Notes: generated by a model not told the origin, from the sequence alone. Positions 18,937 through 31,709 are shown, counted from the first letter of the stretch. The stretch: 37,839 nt of DNA from Gemmatimonadales bacterium (GCA_039794085.1 JBDIWC010000040.1:1-37839); one strand, 5' to 3'. Numbers and translations: made by a program.

Positions 18937-20760
18937 GGTGGTTTCCCGCTCATACGCGGCAAAGATCTCGGTTCGCCCGATGACGCCGAGAAGCCGGTCA
19001 TCCAGCGGATCGAGCACCGGGAGGATCTGGGACCCGCGGAGCCCGAGTTGGTGCAGCGCCGTGAGGAGGGAATCCGCCGGAACGACCTTCTCGCTGAGTG
19101 GCTGCGCAAGATCCATGATCGGGGTGGAATGGGGCACCTCCGGATCGGCCAGAGCACCCTTGAGTGCATCCCACGTCAGAATACCGAGCACGCGCTGCCC
19201 CTCGTCGACCACGGGGAACTCGAGTTGGCTCGACCGCCGGACCAGAGGGAGGACCATTTCCAGGGTGGCCTCGGGGCGCACCACGGCGGGATCTCCCCGG
19301 AACGCCTCCGCGACGGTGAGGCTCGCGAGCACCGATTCATCGGTCCCATGGGAGATCTTCTCGCCGCGCCGGGCCAACCATTCGGTGTAGATCGACTCGG
19401 GGGCCAGCTTCCGCGCGACCACATAGCTGAGGCTCCCGCCCAGCATGAGCGGGAGGATCAGGGCGTAGTCGTTGGTCATCTCCAGCACCATGAAGAGGGC
19501 GGTCAGGGGGGCATGCATGGAGCCGCTGACCACGGCTGTCATCCCGACCAGGGCGGCGGGAACGGGATCGAGCCCCGCCTGGGGAAACACCAGGGCCAGA
19601 CCGGATCCGGCGGCGGCCCCAAAGGTCCCGCCAATGACCAGGGCGGGGGTGAAGACGCCGCCCACACCACCGGCGCTGAGCGTGAGGGCCGTGGCGATGA
19701 GCTTGCCCACGCTCAGGAGGGCAAGGATGAGAGGACCCTGCGTGCGCACCAGGCCGAGGTCGAGTCCCTGGTGTCCGCGTCCCCAGAGGGCGGGATCGAA
19801 CAGAGCGCTCACCAGACCGATGAGCACCGCGGCCAGCGTGATCCGGACCCAGACCGGAAACCGACTGAAGAGGTCCTGCAGTCGCCAGACGCCGCGGTTG
19901 TAGATCGTGGCCACGACCCCGCCCAGAAGCCCGAGTCCGGCGTAGAGAAAGAGCTCCGTCGTGGAGCGGGGGGCATATTCCGCCGGAATCCGAATGACCT
20001 GATCCTCCCCGAGCCCGATCCGGGTCACCGCCGCGGCGGACACGCTCGCCAGCACCAGGGGGGCCAGGGCCACGCTGCGAAACCCGCCAATCAGTTTCTC
20101 CAGGGCGAAGAACAGCCCCGCGATCGGGGCGCCGAAGGCCCCGGATATTCCCGCGGCCGCACCACACCCGACCAGGAGGCGAAGACGCTCCGGGCGGAAC
20201 CGGAAGTAGCGACCCGCCCGGCTGCCCAGGGTGGCTCCCAGCACCGCCACCGGTCCCTCCGCCCCCACCGACCCGCCGCTACCGAGCGTGAGGGCGGCGG
20301 CGAGCATCTTCCACGCCACGGGAGTGGCACGGATCACTCCCCCTCGGCGGGCGACGGCATGCATGACGTCGGGGATGTTTTCCCCGGGGGAGTTGTCGGT
20401 CATGACCCGGACCAGAGTGCGCACGAGAGTCAGCCCGATGGCGAGAACGGCGATGGCGGTGAGGGCCCGCGGAATGCTGAGCCACACCACCAGATTCCCG
20501 ACCAGCTGGGCGGCGAGATCGATGGTCCGGTAGAAGACCAGGATGCTGAAGCCGGTGAGCACCCCGACGAGCACCGCGAAGGCCAGGAGAAGGGGGACCT
20601 CTCCGATTCCTCGCCGAAGCAGGAACTGCATGCACCAGTCGCCGAGGCGACTCGTGCGGATGGCGAGATAGCGGGGAAGGGCGGGTGCGGGGGTAGCGAA
20701 TCCGAACCGTTCCCCCCAGTTTTTGGGGCTGTCCTGCTGTCCTTGTCCCGACTCTGTCAT
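18934..20760 (-). CDS. CLC family chloride channel/H+ antiporter with C-terminal CBS domains; start uncertain
   Basis: GENIP (GSGIP position), GSVGAEGP, GAAAGISGAFGAP, GGVFTP, SIYT, CBS pair. Confidence 0.9.
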   Translation of the reverse strand: MTESGQGQQDSPKNWGERFGFATPAPALPRYLAIRTSRLGDWCMQFLLRRGIGEVPLLLAFAVLVGVLTGFSILVFYRTIDLAAQLVGNLVVWLSIPRALTAIAVLAIGLTLVRTLVRVMTDNSPGENIPDVMHAVARRGGVIRATPVAWKMLAAALTLGSGGSVGAEGPVAVLGATLGSRAGRYFRFRPERLRLLVGCGAAAGISGAFGAPIAGLFFALEKLIGGFRSVALAPLVLASVSAAAVTRIGLGEDQVIRIPAEYAPRSTTELFLYAGLGLLGGVVATIYNRGVWRLQDLFSRFPVWVRITLAAVLIGLVSALFDPALWGRGHQGLDLGLVRTQGPLILALLSVGKLIATALTLSAGGVGGVFTPALVIGGTFGAAAGSGLALVFPQAGLDPVPAALVGMTAVVSGSMHAPLTALFMVLEMTNDYALILPLMLGGSLSYVVARKLAPESIYTEWLARRGEKISHGTDESVLASLTVAEAFRGDPAVVRPEATLEMVLPLVRRSSQLEFPVVDEGQRVLGILTWDALKGALADPEVPHSTPIMDLAQPLSEKVVPADSLLTALHQLGLRGSQILPVLDPLDDRLLGVIGRTEIFAAYERETT

Positions 20761-20777
20761 TGTGATAAATTTCACAA
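20743..20777 (+). promoter_or_regulatory. atp operon promoter overlapped by palindromic operator TTGTGA-N6-TCACAA
   Basis: TTGTCC-17 bp-TAAATT with extended TG; palindrome at 20760-20777. Confidence 0.7.
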
Positions 20778-20816
20778 GCTCAAGAATGTCCCGAAACCCC
20801 TGTCCCTCCGAGCCCC

Positions 20817-22394
20817 ATGGCCACTGATACCATCCTGCGTCCCGGCGAGTTGAAAGATATCCTCCTTCGGGAGATCGAGTCGGCTCATCTCTCCGCGAGT
20901 GACGCGACGGACGTCGGGACCGTGCTCGAAGTGCGGGACGGTGTGGCCCGGGTGTATGGACTCTCCCAGGCGATGGCGGGAGAAATGGTGGAGATCACCG
21001 CCCAGGACACCGGGGACACCGTCGCGGCCCTGGTGCTCAACCTCGAGGCCGACAACGTCGGGGTCGCGGTAATGGGGGACTACCTGAAATTGAAGGAGGG
21101 GGACGAGGTCCGGTGCACGGGGCGGCTGCTGGAAGTCCCGACTGGAACGGCGATGCTGGGCCGGGTGGTGGATGCGCTCGGCCGACCGGTGGACGGCTTG
21201 GGGCCGATCGAGACCACGCACCGCCGGCCGGTGGAGATGATCGCTCCGGGCATCATCGTGCGGCAGCCTGTCAAGGAACCACTCCAGACCGGGATCAAGG
21301 CCATCGACGCGATGATTCCCATCGGCCGGGGGCAGCGGGAGTTGATCATCGGAGACCGCGGGACCGGCAAGACCGCCATCGCGATCGACACGATCATCAA
21401 TCAGAAAGGAACCGGGGTCCTCTGCGTGTACGTGGCGATCGGACAGAAGCGCTCCACGGTGGCCTCGGTGGTCGAAAAGCTCCGGGAGGCCGGCGCCCTG
21501 GAGTACTCGATCGTGGTCAGTGCCACCGCGTCCGACCCCGCTCCGCTGCAGTTCATCGCCCCCTACTCGGGATGTGCCCTCGCCGAGCACTTCATGTACG
21601 AGTCCGGGGCGGCCACCCTCTGTGTGTACGACGACCTCTCCAAGCAGGCCGCGGCCTACCGGCAGATGTCGCTCATCCTCCGGCGCCCGCCGGGGCGCGA
21701 GGCCTATCCCGGGGACGTGTTCTATCTCCACAGCCGGCTCCTCGAGCGGGCTGCCAAGATCTCGGAGGCGCCCGACGTGGTCGAGGCCGACCCCCGGATC
21801 AAGGTGGCGGGGGGATCCCTCACGGCGCTCCCGATCATCGAGACCCAGGCGGGGGACGTGTCGGCCTACATCCCCACCAACGTGATCTCGATCACCGACG
21901 GGCAGATCTTCCTCACCACCGATCTCTTCTACTCGAATGTCCGCCCCGCGGTGGACGCCGGCATCAGTGTGAGCCGGGTCGGGGGGAACGCCCAGATCAA
22001 GGCCATGAAGAAGGTGGCGGGACCCCTCCGCCTCTCCCTCGCCCAGTTCCGTGAGCTCGAGGCCTTCGCCCAATTCGGTTCCGACCTCGACGCGGCCACC
22101 CAGCGGCAACTGGCTCGCGGCAGCCGCATCGTCGAAGTGCTCAAACAGCCCCAGTACCAGCCGGTGCCGGTGGAGCGACAGGTCGCCATCCTCTTCGCGG
22201 TGACCAATGGCCATCTCGACGATGTGGACCTGGGGCATATCCGCCAGTGGGAGCGGGACTTCCTCTCCTGGCTCGATGCCCGGCCCGACAACGTGCTCGA
22301 GAAGCTCCGGACCCGCCAGGCCCTGGATGATGAGCTCACGGCCGCCCTGACGGCGGGCATCGAGGCGTTCCGGCCCCTCTTCCGGCCCGAGTAG
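20817..22394 (+). CDS. atpA: F1 ATP synthase subunit alpha
   Basis: [45 protein letters not shown]. Confidence 0.98.
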   Translation: MATDTILRPGELKDILLREIESAHLSASDATDVGTVLEVRDGVARVYGLSQAMAGEMVEITAQDTGDTVAALVLNLEADNVGVAVMGDYLKLKEGDEVRCTGRLLEVPTGTAMLGRVVDALGRPVDGLGPIETTHRRPVEMIAPGIIVRQPVKEPLQTGIKAIDAMIPIGRGQRELIIGDRGTGKTAIAIDTIINQKGTGVLCVYVAIGQKRSTVASVVEKLREAGALEYSIVVSATASDPAPLQFIAPYSGCALAEHFMYESGAATLCVYDDLSKQAAAYRQMSLILRRPPGREAYPGDVFYLHSRLLERAAKISEAPDVVEADPRIKVAGGSLTALPIIETQAGDVSAYIPTNVISITDGQIFLTTDLFYSNVRPAVDAGISVSRVGGNAQIKAMKKVAGPLRLSLAQFRELEAFAQFGSDLDAATQRQLARGSRIVEVLKQPQYQPVPVERQVAILFAVTNGHLDDVDLGHIRQWERDFLSWLDARPDNVLEKLRTRQALDDELTAALTAGIEAFRPLFRPE

Positions 22395-22395
22395 C

Positions 22396-24742
<2,347 letters not shown>

Positions 24743-24743
<1 letters not shown>

Positions 24744-24994
24744 TGCGTGTAACTATTATCGCGCCTCAAGCGTCCTTGTATGAAGGTGACGCGGATGCGC
24801 TGGTGGTGCCGGCCTACGATGGACAGGTCGGGATCCTGGCCAACCACGCCCCGTTCATGACGCTCCTCGGTCACGGAACCCTGACGCTCCGCCACGGGGA
24901 GTCGGTCCGGACCTTCACGGTGGACGGCGGGTTCCTGCAGGTCAACGCGAACACGGTTCGCGTGGTTGCCGAACATGTACAAGGAGATGGTTGA
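24743..24994 (+). CDS. atpC: F1 ATP synthase subunit epsilon, short form (beta-sandwich only)
   Basis: GQVGILANHAP and VDGGFLQV; 83 aa. Confidence 0.9.
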
Positions 24995-25623
24995 TGCACC
25001 GGAAAGCTGGTTGGACCCTCGCTGCCGCCGTCGTTCTCCTGTCCGCACCCGTGGAGGCCCAGACCACGGGCCTCCCGATCTTCCTGGCCCCGTACCGGGC
25101 CTTCGAGACCACCGAGATCGGTGCGTCCGTGGTCGATCCGGGGCGGGGGTGGGCGGCGGAGGGGATGTACCGGCGGGGGGCCCGGTTCTTCGACTTCGGC
25201 TTTCGGGCCGGCCTCCGGACCTTCACCGCCAACGTGCCCGGTCCGAACGGGGGGAAGGACCGGCAGACCTTCTTCCTCACCGGCGTGGATGCCCGCGCCC
25301 GGGTCTTCGATCACACCCGGGATGTTCCGTTCGACGGGGCCTTTACTTTTGGTGTGGGCGGCCAGATCGGGGAGGGCTTTGCCCGGGGGTTCGTACCGAT
25401 CGGGCTGAGCCTGGGCCGCCGGTTCGAGGTCGAGGGGTCCGAAACGAGCTTTGTTCCCTACATTCACCCCGTGTTCACATCGGTTTTCGGGGATGACCCC
25501 GATGTCGCCCTCTCCCTCGGGCTGGGAGTTGACGTCCGGGTGAACCGGACGCTCGACATCCGTCTGTCCGCCGGGCTCGGTGATCTGGACGGTGTCGCCA
25601 TCGGGTTTGCCATTCTTCGATAG
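24994..25623 (+). CDS. Secreted, probable outer-membrane beta-barrel protein
   Basis: Signal peptide ending VEA-Q; alternating amphipathic strands; TGATG coupling to atpC. Confidence 0.65.
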   Translation: MHRKAGWTLAAAVVLLSAPVEAQTTGLPIFLAPYRAFETTEIGASVVDPGRGWAAEGMYRRGARFFDFGFRAGLRTFTANVPGPNGGKDRQTFFLTGVDARARVFDHTRDVPFDGAFTFGVGGQIGEGFARGFVPIGLSLGRRFEVEGSETSFVPYIHPVFTSVFGDDPDVALSLGLGVDVRVNRTLDIRLSAGLGDLDGVAIGFAILR

Positions 25624-25647
25624 TCACCTCACGACGAAGGCTGTCTC

Positions 25648-26313
25648 ATGCAACGCAGGTTGACGGCGGGTGCCGTACTCCTCTTGCTCGTGCTGGCGGG
25701 GCCGGTCGCCGCTCAAGTGCCGGGACTTCCGGTGTACGGAGGAGGGTTTTCCAGTGGGATCACCTTCGCGGGAACGGCGGGGTTCGCACCCTCCGACAGC
25801 CCGAGCGGAAAGGGCGTGGCCTACGCCGGATCCGCGACTCTCGGCGTGGGACCGATCGGTCTGACCGGAATCGTGTCCCGCTTCGATCCCTCGGCGTCGG
25901 GGCGTGACGCCTTCACCCAGGCGGGAGGGTTGCTGACCTGGAAGGCTTTCGGGGGGCCCCTGATCCCCCTCGCCCTCTATCTCCAGGGCGGGTTCAGTCG
26001 CCGCGAGGAGGACGGCTCCGGTCCCGGATCCCCGGAGGTCACCCGGACATCGATTCCGGTGGGCGCCGGCATCTCACTGGTGATTCCGAGCGTGATCGTG
26101 GCCATCAAGCCCTGGATTGCTCCGCGTCTCCAGATTTCCCGTGCGTCCGTCTCGGGCGATGCCTCGACCGACACCGACTTCGCCTTCAGTGCCGGGGTCG
26201 ATCTCACGACGCTCAGCGGATTCGGATTCCGCGCCATGGGCGACATCATCAACGGATCGGATCCCATCGTCGGGGTCGGACTCACGTGGGCCATCCGGGT
26301 TCGAGGCTTGTGA
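25648..26313 (+). CDS. Secreted, probable outer-membrane beta-barrel protein
   Basis: Signal peptide ending VAA-Q; QVPGLPVY echoes QTTGLPIF of the previous gene; amphipathic strands. Confidence 0.65.
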   Translation: MQRRLTAGAVLLLLVLAGPVAAQVPGLPVYGGGFSSGITFAGTAGFAPSDSPSGKGVAYAGSATLGVGPIGLTGIVSRFDPSASGRDAFTQAGGLLTWKAFGGPLIPLALYLQGGFSRREEDGSGPGSPEVTRTSIPVGAGISLVIPSVIVAIKPWIAPRLQISRASVSGDASTDTDFAFSAGVDLTTLSGFGFRAMGDIINGSDPIVGVGLTWAIRVRGL

Positions 26314-26678
26314 CGCAGCGGGGACGGCGGGCGGTCCTCATCCTGACTCTGCTGCTGGCCGGCAGTGGGTGCGCGACCACGTTCGACAGTACCCGGCTCG
26401 GGGTTCCCGTGACGATGGCGGCGCCGGCGGGACAGATTCCCGAGGGTGCCGAGTTCCGGATCACCAAACGGAGCCTCCACGGTCTCTTCGGACTGATCTC
26501 GATTTCACAGCCCTCGCTGAAGGACGCGCTGGCGGCCCAGCTCATCGGGGGACAGGGGATCGCCAACATGCGCATCCGGGTGCGGCACCGCTGGTCCGAC
26601 CTGCTGATCACCCTGCTCACGGTGGGGTTGCTCACCCCCCGGAGCGTGACCTTCGAGGGCGTTGTCGTCAGTCCCTGA
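26310..26678 (+). CDS. Small lipoprotein (Bor/TRL-like)
   Basis: GTGA overlap; lipobox-like GSGC; C-terminal LTVGLLTPRSVTFEG. Confidence 0.6.
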   Translation: MTQRGRRAVLILTLLLAGSGCATTFDSTRLGVPVTMAAPAGQIPEGAEFRITKRSLHGLFGLISISQPSLKDALAAQLIGGQGIANMRIRVRHRWSDLLITLLTVGLLTPRSVTFEGVVVSP

Positions 26679-27987
26679 CCAGACCTTCCAGCAGGGTCGC
26701 GGTACGCTCCGCGGCCCCCCCATGCTCCCGCACCACCCTCTCTGCCGCCGCACCCGCCGCCCCGCGTGCGGCCTCATCCGTCAGGAAACGGGTCCACCAC
26801 GCCGACAGAACTTCCGGGCCGGTTTCCGGATCCGTCAGGGCGACCCCCCCTCCCGCATCGATCAGGCGGCGCGCATCGCGGGAGATGTCGCGGCGCGATC
26901 CGAACAACACTGGTACCCCCCATCCAGCGGGTTCGAGAACGGAATGGAGCCCGGCGGGGCGGAACCCTCCCCCGACCCAGGCCAGAGAACCATGGCGGTA
27001 CAACTGGGCCAGCATTCCGACCTGGTCCCAGACGAGGAGCGCCCCGGGCCGCGAGTCCTCGGCCCGGAGCGGCGAGAGTCGCGACAGTTCCCGGGTTCGT
27101 TCCGGGACCGGGAGCTGCAGCGACCGGGCCTGATCCCGGATCTGGCCGAACATGCGGTCCGAGGGCTCATGAGGAACCAGCAACAATCGCGCGTCCGGAA
27201 CGACTCGGAGGACCAGCGCAAAGGCTCCGAGCACGAGGCGGTGATCCTGGTCCCAGGTGGAACCAGCTACGAGGAGCAGGGGATCCCGGGGTTGTTCTCC
27301 GGGAGGGAGCGAGGCCCTGGCTCCGGCGATCCGCGTCAGGACGCTGTCGTGACGCGGGTCTCCGGCCAGAGCGATCACTTCGCGTCGTACTCCCAGGTGC
27401 TCGAGCCGGGGGATGTCCTCCTCATCCACCGCCACCGCCAGGGAGAGGGTGCGATACCCCGGGGCGAGGAGGGATCGGCCCGGCCATCGGAGCCGCGAAC
27501 TGCCACGCCGGACCGCCGCCGCAATCAGGGCCACCGGAATTCCCCGGTGGGCGGCCTGAAGTACGTGCTCCAGCCAGAGATCCGCCGCGGTGAAAATGAG
27601 CGCTCCCGGTCGCAGAGTGTCCAGGACTCTTCCGGCCACCGCGGGGAGGTCGTAGGGGAGGTAGTCGGCGTATTCCCGAGGGTGAGGCGTGGCCAGCCGA
27701 GCCGCGGACGAACTCGTCCAGGTGGAGAGGAAGTGCCAGGCCGGGTGCCGGCGCCTGAGCACCTCCCGCACCGCACCCGCCTGCAGACTCTCCCCGGCGG
27801 ATGCGGCATGGAACCAGATCACCGGCCCATTCCGGTCGTGCGACGAGGCCCAGCGGACGATCCGGTCGGCGGCCTCGCTCCGGGAGCGATGACCATTCCT
27901 CCACGCCGGAACCAGGCGCTCGGCCCACGGGGCCAGGGCGACCGCCGAGCGGGCCAGAATGCGATAGGGTAGCGCGGTGGATGTCAT
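26668..27987 (-). CDS. waaA: 3-deoxy-D-manno-octulosonic acid (Kdo) transferase
   Basis: WFHAASAGE, YLPYD, AGSTW, VPHE, GGGF..LHSVLEPA. Confidence 0.88.
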   Translation of the reverse strand: MTSTALPYRILARSAVALAPWAERLVPAWRNGHRSRSEAADRIVRWASSHDRNGPVIWFHAASAGESLQAGAVREVLRRRHPAWHFLSTWTSSSAARLATPHPREYADYLPYDLPAVAGRVLDTLRPGALIFTAADLWLEHVLQAAHRGIPVALIAAAVRRGSSRLRWPGRSLLAPGYRTLSLAVAVDEEDIPRLEHLGVRREVIALAGDPRHDSVLTRIAGARASLPPGEQPRDPLLLVAGSTWDQDHRLVLGAFALVLRVVPDARLLLVPHEPSDRMFGQIRDQARSLQLPVPERTRELSRLSPLRAEDSRPGALLVWDQVGMLAQLYRHGSLAWVGGGFRPAGLHSVLEPAGWGVPVLFGSRRDISRDARRLIDAGGGVALTDPETGPEVLSAWWTRFLTDEAARGAAGAAAERVVREHGGAAERTATLLEGLVRD

Positions 27988-28066
27988 TCCGGAAAGGAAT
28001 GTCTCCGGAAGGGGAGGGTGGGGTCAACCTTGTTTCCGAGGCAGTGCTGATGTTACCATCTGAAAC

Positions 28067-28831
28067 ATGACAGTGCATCCCACGATCCGGCCGGGTGAGG
28101 CGCGATACCTCGTGGCCACCCGCGCTCCACGGTACAGCCTCCTCTTTGCCCTGCCCCTGCTCCTCGCATACGAGGGGCTGGCTCGATTGCTCACGGGCGA
28201 CGCTGTGGCCGGAGTGCGCAACGGGGCCGATGTCCTGCTCAAGAGTCTCTTCCTCGCGGTGGGGGGACGCGACGGTCTCACCGTCTTTGCGGTCCTTCTC
28301 CTCGGCGTGGGGGCATGGCTCGTGGGACGGGATCTGATGCGGCACGGCCGACCTCGCGTCCCTTGGTTCGGGGCGATGCTTTTGGAGTCGGTCGCCTATG
28401 CCCTCACTCTGGGTGCGGTGGTGAGCAGCCTGACCCGTCTGGTTCTCCACCCCGCGCTCTCCGTCGTCGGAGGGCAGGGCGGGGGGGAGATGGCCCAATC
28501 GGGGCTCGAGACCCAGATCATGATCTCCCTGGGGGCGGGGTTGTACGAGGAGCTGCTCTTCCGGGTCATCCTGGTCGGTGCGCTGGCCTGGGCGGGCCAG
28601 CGCTTGCTCGGGTGGGGGCGTGGCACAGCCGGAGTGGTGGCCGTGGTGCTGGGAGCCCTGGTGTTCAGCGGGTTCCACTATGTCGGAGCGTACGGGGATC
28701 CCTTTGCCCTTGAGTCGTTCACCTTCCGCGCGATCGCGGGGGCGGTGTTCAGCGGCATGTACCTGGTTCGCGGCTTCGGAGTCACCGCCTGGACCCACGC
28801 CCTCTACGACGTGTTCCTGGCGGTGGCCTGA
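28067..28831 (+). CDS. CPBP (Abi/CAAX) family intramembrane protease
   Basis: AGLYEELLFR, FSGFHY, AWTHALYD. Confidence 0.85.
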   Translation: MTVHPTIRPGEARYLVATRAPRYSLLFALPLLLAYEGLARLLTGDAVAGVRNGADVLLKSLFLAVGGRDGLTVFAVLLLGVGAWLVGRDLMRHGRPRVPWFGAMLLESVAYALTLGAVVSSLTRLVLHPALSVVGGQGGGEMAQSGLETQIMISLGAGLYEELLFRVILVGALAWAGQRLLGWGRGTAGVVAVVLGALVFSGFHYVGAYGDPFALESFTFRAIAGAVFSGMYLVRGFGVTAWTHALYDVFLAVA

Positions 28832-28841
28832 CGGGTCCTGG

Positions 28842-29459
28842 TCAGCGCGAGGAGGACCGGACCGCGTGAATCGAGTCGAGGATCTGTCGGAAGACGGCGA
28901 TGGGCTGTGCTCCACTCATGAGCCCCCCTTCGATGTAGAAGGTCGGGGTGCTGCGCGCCCCGGACCGAGTGGCTCCGGCGGCATCGTCGCCGATGAGCTG
29001 TCGGGTTTCCCCATTCTGAAGACAGGTCGCGATCGGGGCACGCTGCAGTCGGAGGCTGTCGACCAGGGTCATGAGAAAAGGCCCGGGATTCCGGAGGGGT
29101 GCCCACGTCCGCTGGGTTCGGAACAGGATGTCGTGGGCGTCCCAGAAGCGGTTCTGGCGCGCGGCGCACATCGCAAACTCCGCGGCGGGCACGGCGTTGG
29201 GATGGATCGAGGAGAGCGGGAAGTTGATGAAGATCCACCGCACCTTGCCGGTCTCGATATATTCCCGCTCGATCAGGGGAAAGGTCTGATCGTTGTGTTG
29301 TTTGCAGAAGGGGCATTGGAAATCCGACATCTCGTACACCGTGACGGGAGCGTTGGGTGACCCCTTGGTGCGCGGGCCGAGAGGGTCCGCCTGGGCCTGC
29401 GCCGAGGCCGCGGTCCCGAGGGCGAGAAAGAGGGAGAGTCCCAGCAGGCGAACCGTCAT
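28842..29459 (-). CDS. DsbA/BdbD family thioredoxin-fold protein
   Basis: Signal peptide, KGSPNAPVT, SDFQCPFC, cis-Pro STPTF; GAGGAG RBS before ATG 29459. Confidence 0.88.
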   Translation of the reverse strand: MTVRLLGLSLFLALGTAASAQAQADPLGPRTKGSPNAPVTVYEMSDFQCPFCKQHNDQTFPLIEREYIETGKVRWIFINFPLSSIHPNAVPAAEFAMCAARQNRFWDAHDILFRTQRTWAPLRNPGPFLMTLVDSLRLQRAPIATCLQNGETRQLIGDDAAGATRSGARSTPTFYIEGGLMSGAQPIAVFRQILDSIHAVRSSSR

Positions 29460-29473
29460 CAGTGTGCTCCTCA

Positions 29474-30136
29474 TCAGTAGCGGGGTCGCAGTCGACCGGT
29501 GTGATCGTTCAGGTGGATGGTGTCGTGGGTGGCGGCCAGGTTCCAATACCACTCGGCGTTGGGGTCCTGGGCGCTGATGGCTCGGGCCACGACCCAGTAG
29601 CGCCCGGGGGGGACGGAGAGCCGGACCCAGCCGCCGGCCCCCGTCGAATCGATGATGGCGCTCCAGGGCTGGCTGATGGCGGCGAGCGCGGTATCGAACC
29701 GGGCGGCGGCCAGCGCGGACCACGGCCGCACCCGTGCTCGCTCCGCGTCGATGGCGGGCTGAACCTGTCGCCGGGTGAGGTCGAGCCGGGTGGCGGCCGC
29801 GCGGCGGGCGCTGTCGGCCCGGGCGAGCGAGTCCGCCGGTGTGCCGGCTCGCGCGGCGAGGGCCTGCCAGGTCGCGCTGGCGGCCAGGAACTCGCGGTAG
29901 GGGGTTCGGAAGATCTGAAACAGCCGGTCGAGGGAATCCGTATGGGGTCGCGGAAGGACCATGCTGGCTTCCACCTCTCCCATGATGCTGTCCCGGTCCC
30001 AGGGGACGAGGGTAATCCGCATCCCCTCGATGGGCACCGGCACACCGGAGGCATCGGGGATGACCACCTGAACGTCGAGGCGGGAGTCACACGCCGCGAG
30101 CAGGGAAAGGAACAGAACGGTCCACCGTGAGATCAC
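29474..30136 (-). CDS. Hypothetical lipoprotein (beta domain interrupted by helical hairpin)
   Basis: LLAAC lipobox; VPPGRYWV; stop overlaps the DsbA start region. Confidence 0.6.
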   Translation of the reverse strand: MISRWTVLFLSLLAACDSRLDVQVVIPDASGVPVPIEGMRITLVPWDRDSIMGEVEASMVLPRPHTDSLDRLFQIFRTPYREFLAASATWQALAARAGTPADSLARADSARRAAATRLDLTRRQVQPAIDAERARVRPWSALAAARFDTALAAISQPWSAIIDSTGAGGWVRLSVPPGRYWVVARAISAQDPNAEWYWNLAATHDTIHLNDHTGRLRPRY

Positions 30137-30990
30137 GTGTGAAAGGTATCGGGCTGGTGGCGGCCCTACAACTGATGCTGGTGTCCGCGGGCATGGCTCA
30201 GCAACCCGAGGTGGATGCTCTGTTTCCGGCAGCGCCCACCGGCCATGTGACCGATGTGCCCGGGGTGCTCTCTCCCGGTGACCGTTCGGCCCTCGAGAAT
30301 CTGGCGGAGCGGATCCGGACGGTCACCGGCGCCGAGATCGCCATCGCGATCCTGCCGACCATCGGGGAGCGCGCCGCGGTGGACGTGGCCGTCGCCATCG
30401 GTCGCCGGTGGGGAGTCGGGGCCGAGGCGGAGATCGGCGATGCCCGGCGGAATGCCGGGTTGGTGATCCTCCTCGTGCCCCGCCGGGCGGGCGACCCCCA
30501 GTCGGGGCAGATCTTCCTCGCCACCGGGAGGGGACTGGAGGGAATCGTCACCGATGCCGCGGCGGGCCGGGTGCGGGATCTGATGCGCCCTGCCCTGGGT
30601 CGGGAGGCCTATGGGGAGGGGCTCCGGACCGGTCTCGAGGCGCTCGCTGCGATCATTGTGCGGGGCATGGGTGTCTCGGATTCGGCCCTGGCCTCGGGAG
30701 ACTCCCTCCTGCGGGAGAGGAGCGCACCCGGGCGCATGAAGGTGGTGGGTGTTGTTGTCCTGGTGATGCTGATCCTCCTGATCGCCGGAAGCAGCAGCGG
30801 ACGGCATGGTGGCCCCCGGGGTCCGGGGATCCGGAGGCGACGCTCCCGGATGCCCCCGATCTGGATGGGGGGGCTCGGAGGAGGTGGGTTCGGCGGGGGA
30901 CTGGGTGGTGGTGGCTTCGGGGGAGGCGGATTCGGAGGATTCGGAGGCGGAGGTGGCTTCAGCGGCGGTGGCGCCGGAGGGAGATTCTGA
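30127..30990 (+). CDS. TPM domain protein (YgcG-like) with TM segment and Gly-rich tail; start uncertain
   Basis: VTDVPGVL, RWGVG, ATGRGLEGIVTD, terminal GGGGFSGGGAGGRF. Confidence 0.88.
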   Translation: MRSRVKGIGLVAALQLMLVSAGMAQQPEVDALFPAAPTGHVTDVPGVLSPGDRSALENLAERIRTVTGAEIAIAILPTIGERAAVDVAVAIGRRWGVGAEAEIGDARRNAGLVILLVPRRAGDPQSGQIFLATGRGLEGIVTDAAAGRVRDLMRPALGREAYGEGLRTGLEALAAIIVRGMGVSDSALASGDSLLRERSAPGRMKVVGVVVLVMLILLIAGSSSGRHGGPRGPGIRRRRSRMPPIWMGGLGGGGFGGGLGGGGFGGGGFGGFGGGGGFSGGGAGGRF

Positions 30991-30992
30991 CG

Positions 30993-31709
30993 ATGATCAA
31001 TGCGCATGCGCGGAAGCGACTCGACCCGATGCTGGCAGCGCTCGACCGGGAGGTGCCGGCCGGGTATTCGGCGCTGGTCTACGGATCAGCGGTCCGGGGG
31101 GACTACGTTCCGGATCGGTCCGACGTCAATGTCCTGTTGGTGACGGATGTTCTGTCCCCCGCGGTGGTTCGGGCGATCGGACGGGGAGTGACGCCCCTCG
31201 GGACCGGGTCGCCTCCCCTTCTCCTGACTCGACGGGAATGGGCCCGCGCGACGGACACCTTCCCGATCGAGATCACCGACATGCGCCTGGCGTACGAGAC
31301 GGTGCGCGGGACGGACCTGCTGGAAGGTGTCGTGGTGGATCCGGCCGATCTGCGTCGGGCGCTGGAGCGGGAAGTGCGCGGAAAGGTGATCCGCTTGCGG
31401 CAGGGGTATGCGGGATTGGCGGGAGATCCCGAAGGCCTCGGCGATCTCGTGCGCGCCGGTGCCCCGACCCTTGAACTCATCGCCCGGTGCAGCCTGGTGC
31501 TCTTCGATCGCCCGCAGGCCCCGAGCCCCGAGGCCATGCTGCGTGGCGCCGCCGAGGCGCTCGGCGTGGAGGCGGAACCCTTTCTGAGGGTGCGTGCGGT
31601 GCGTCTCGACTCCGCGATGACGGTGGACGGGTCCCATGTCGAGAAGCTTCTCGATGTCCTGGAGCGCGTGGCGGAGATCGTCGATTCTCATATTCCTGGA
31701 GGTGCCTGA
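30993..31709 (+). CDS. Pol-beta-like nucleotidyltransferase domain protein
   Basis: LVYGSAVRGDY...SDVNVLLV, DTFPIE, helical C-terminus. Confidence 0.72.
   Translation: MINAHARKRLDPMLAALDREVPAGYSALVYGSAVRGDYVPDRSDVNVLLVTDVLSPAVVRAIGRGVTPLGTGSPPLLLTRREWARATDTFPIEITDMRLAYETVRGTDLLEGVVVDPADLRRALEREVRGKVIRLRQGYAGLAGDPEGLGDLVRAGAPTLELIARCSLVLFDRPQAPSPEAMLRGAAEALGVEAEPFLRVRAVRLDSAMTVDGSHVEKLLDVLERVAEIVDSHIPGGA

Noticed and set aside
18793..20853. Long antisense ORFs (also 5425..7155, 20772..22487, 32582..34285)
   Set aside because: High-GC shadow frames opposite well-supported genes, with no motifs.
30868..30982. GGN-rich repeat tract
   Set aside because: It encodes the normal Gly-rich tail of TPM proteins.
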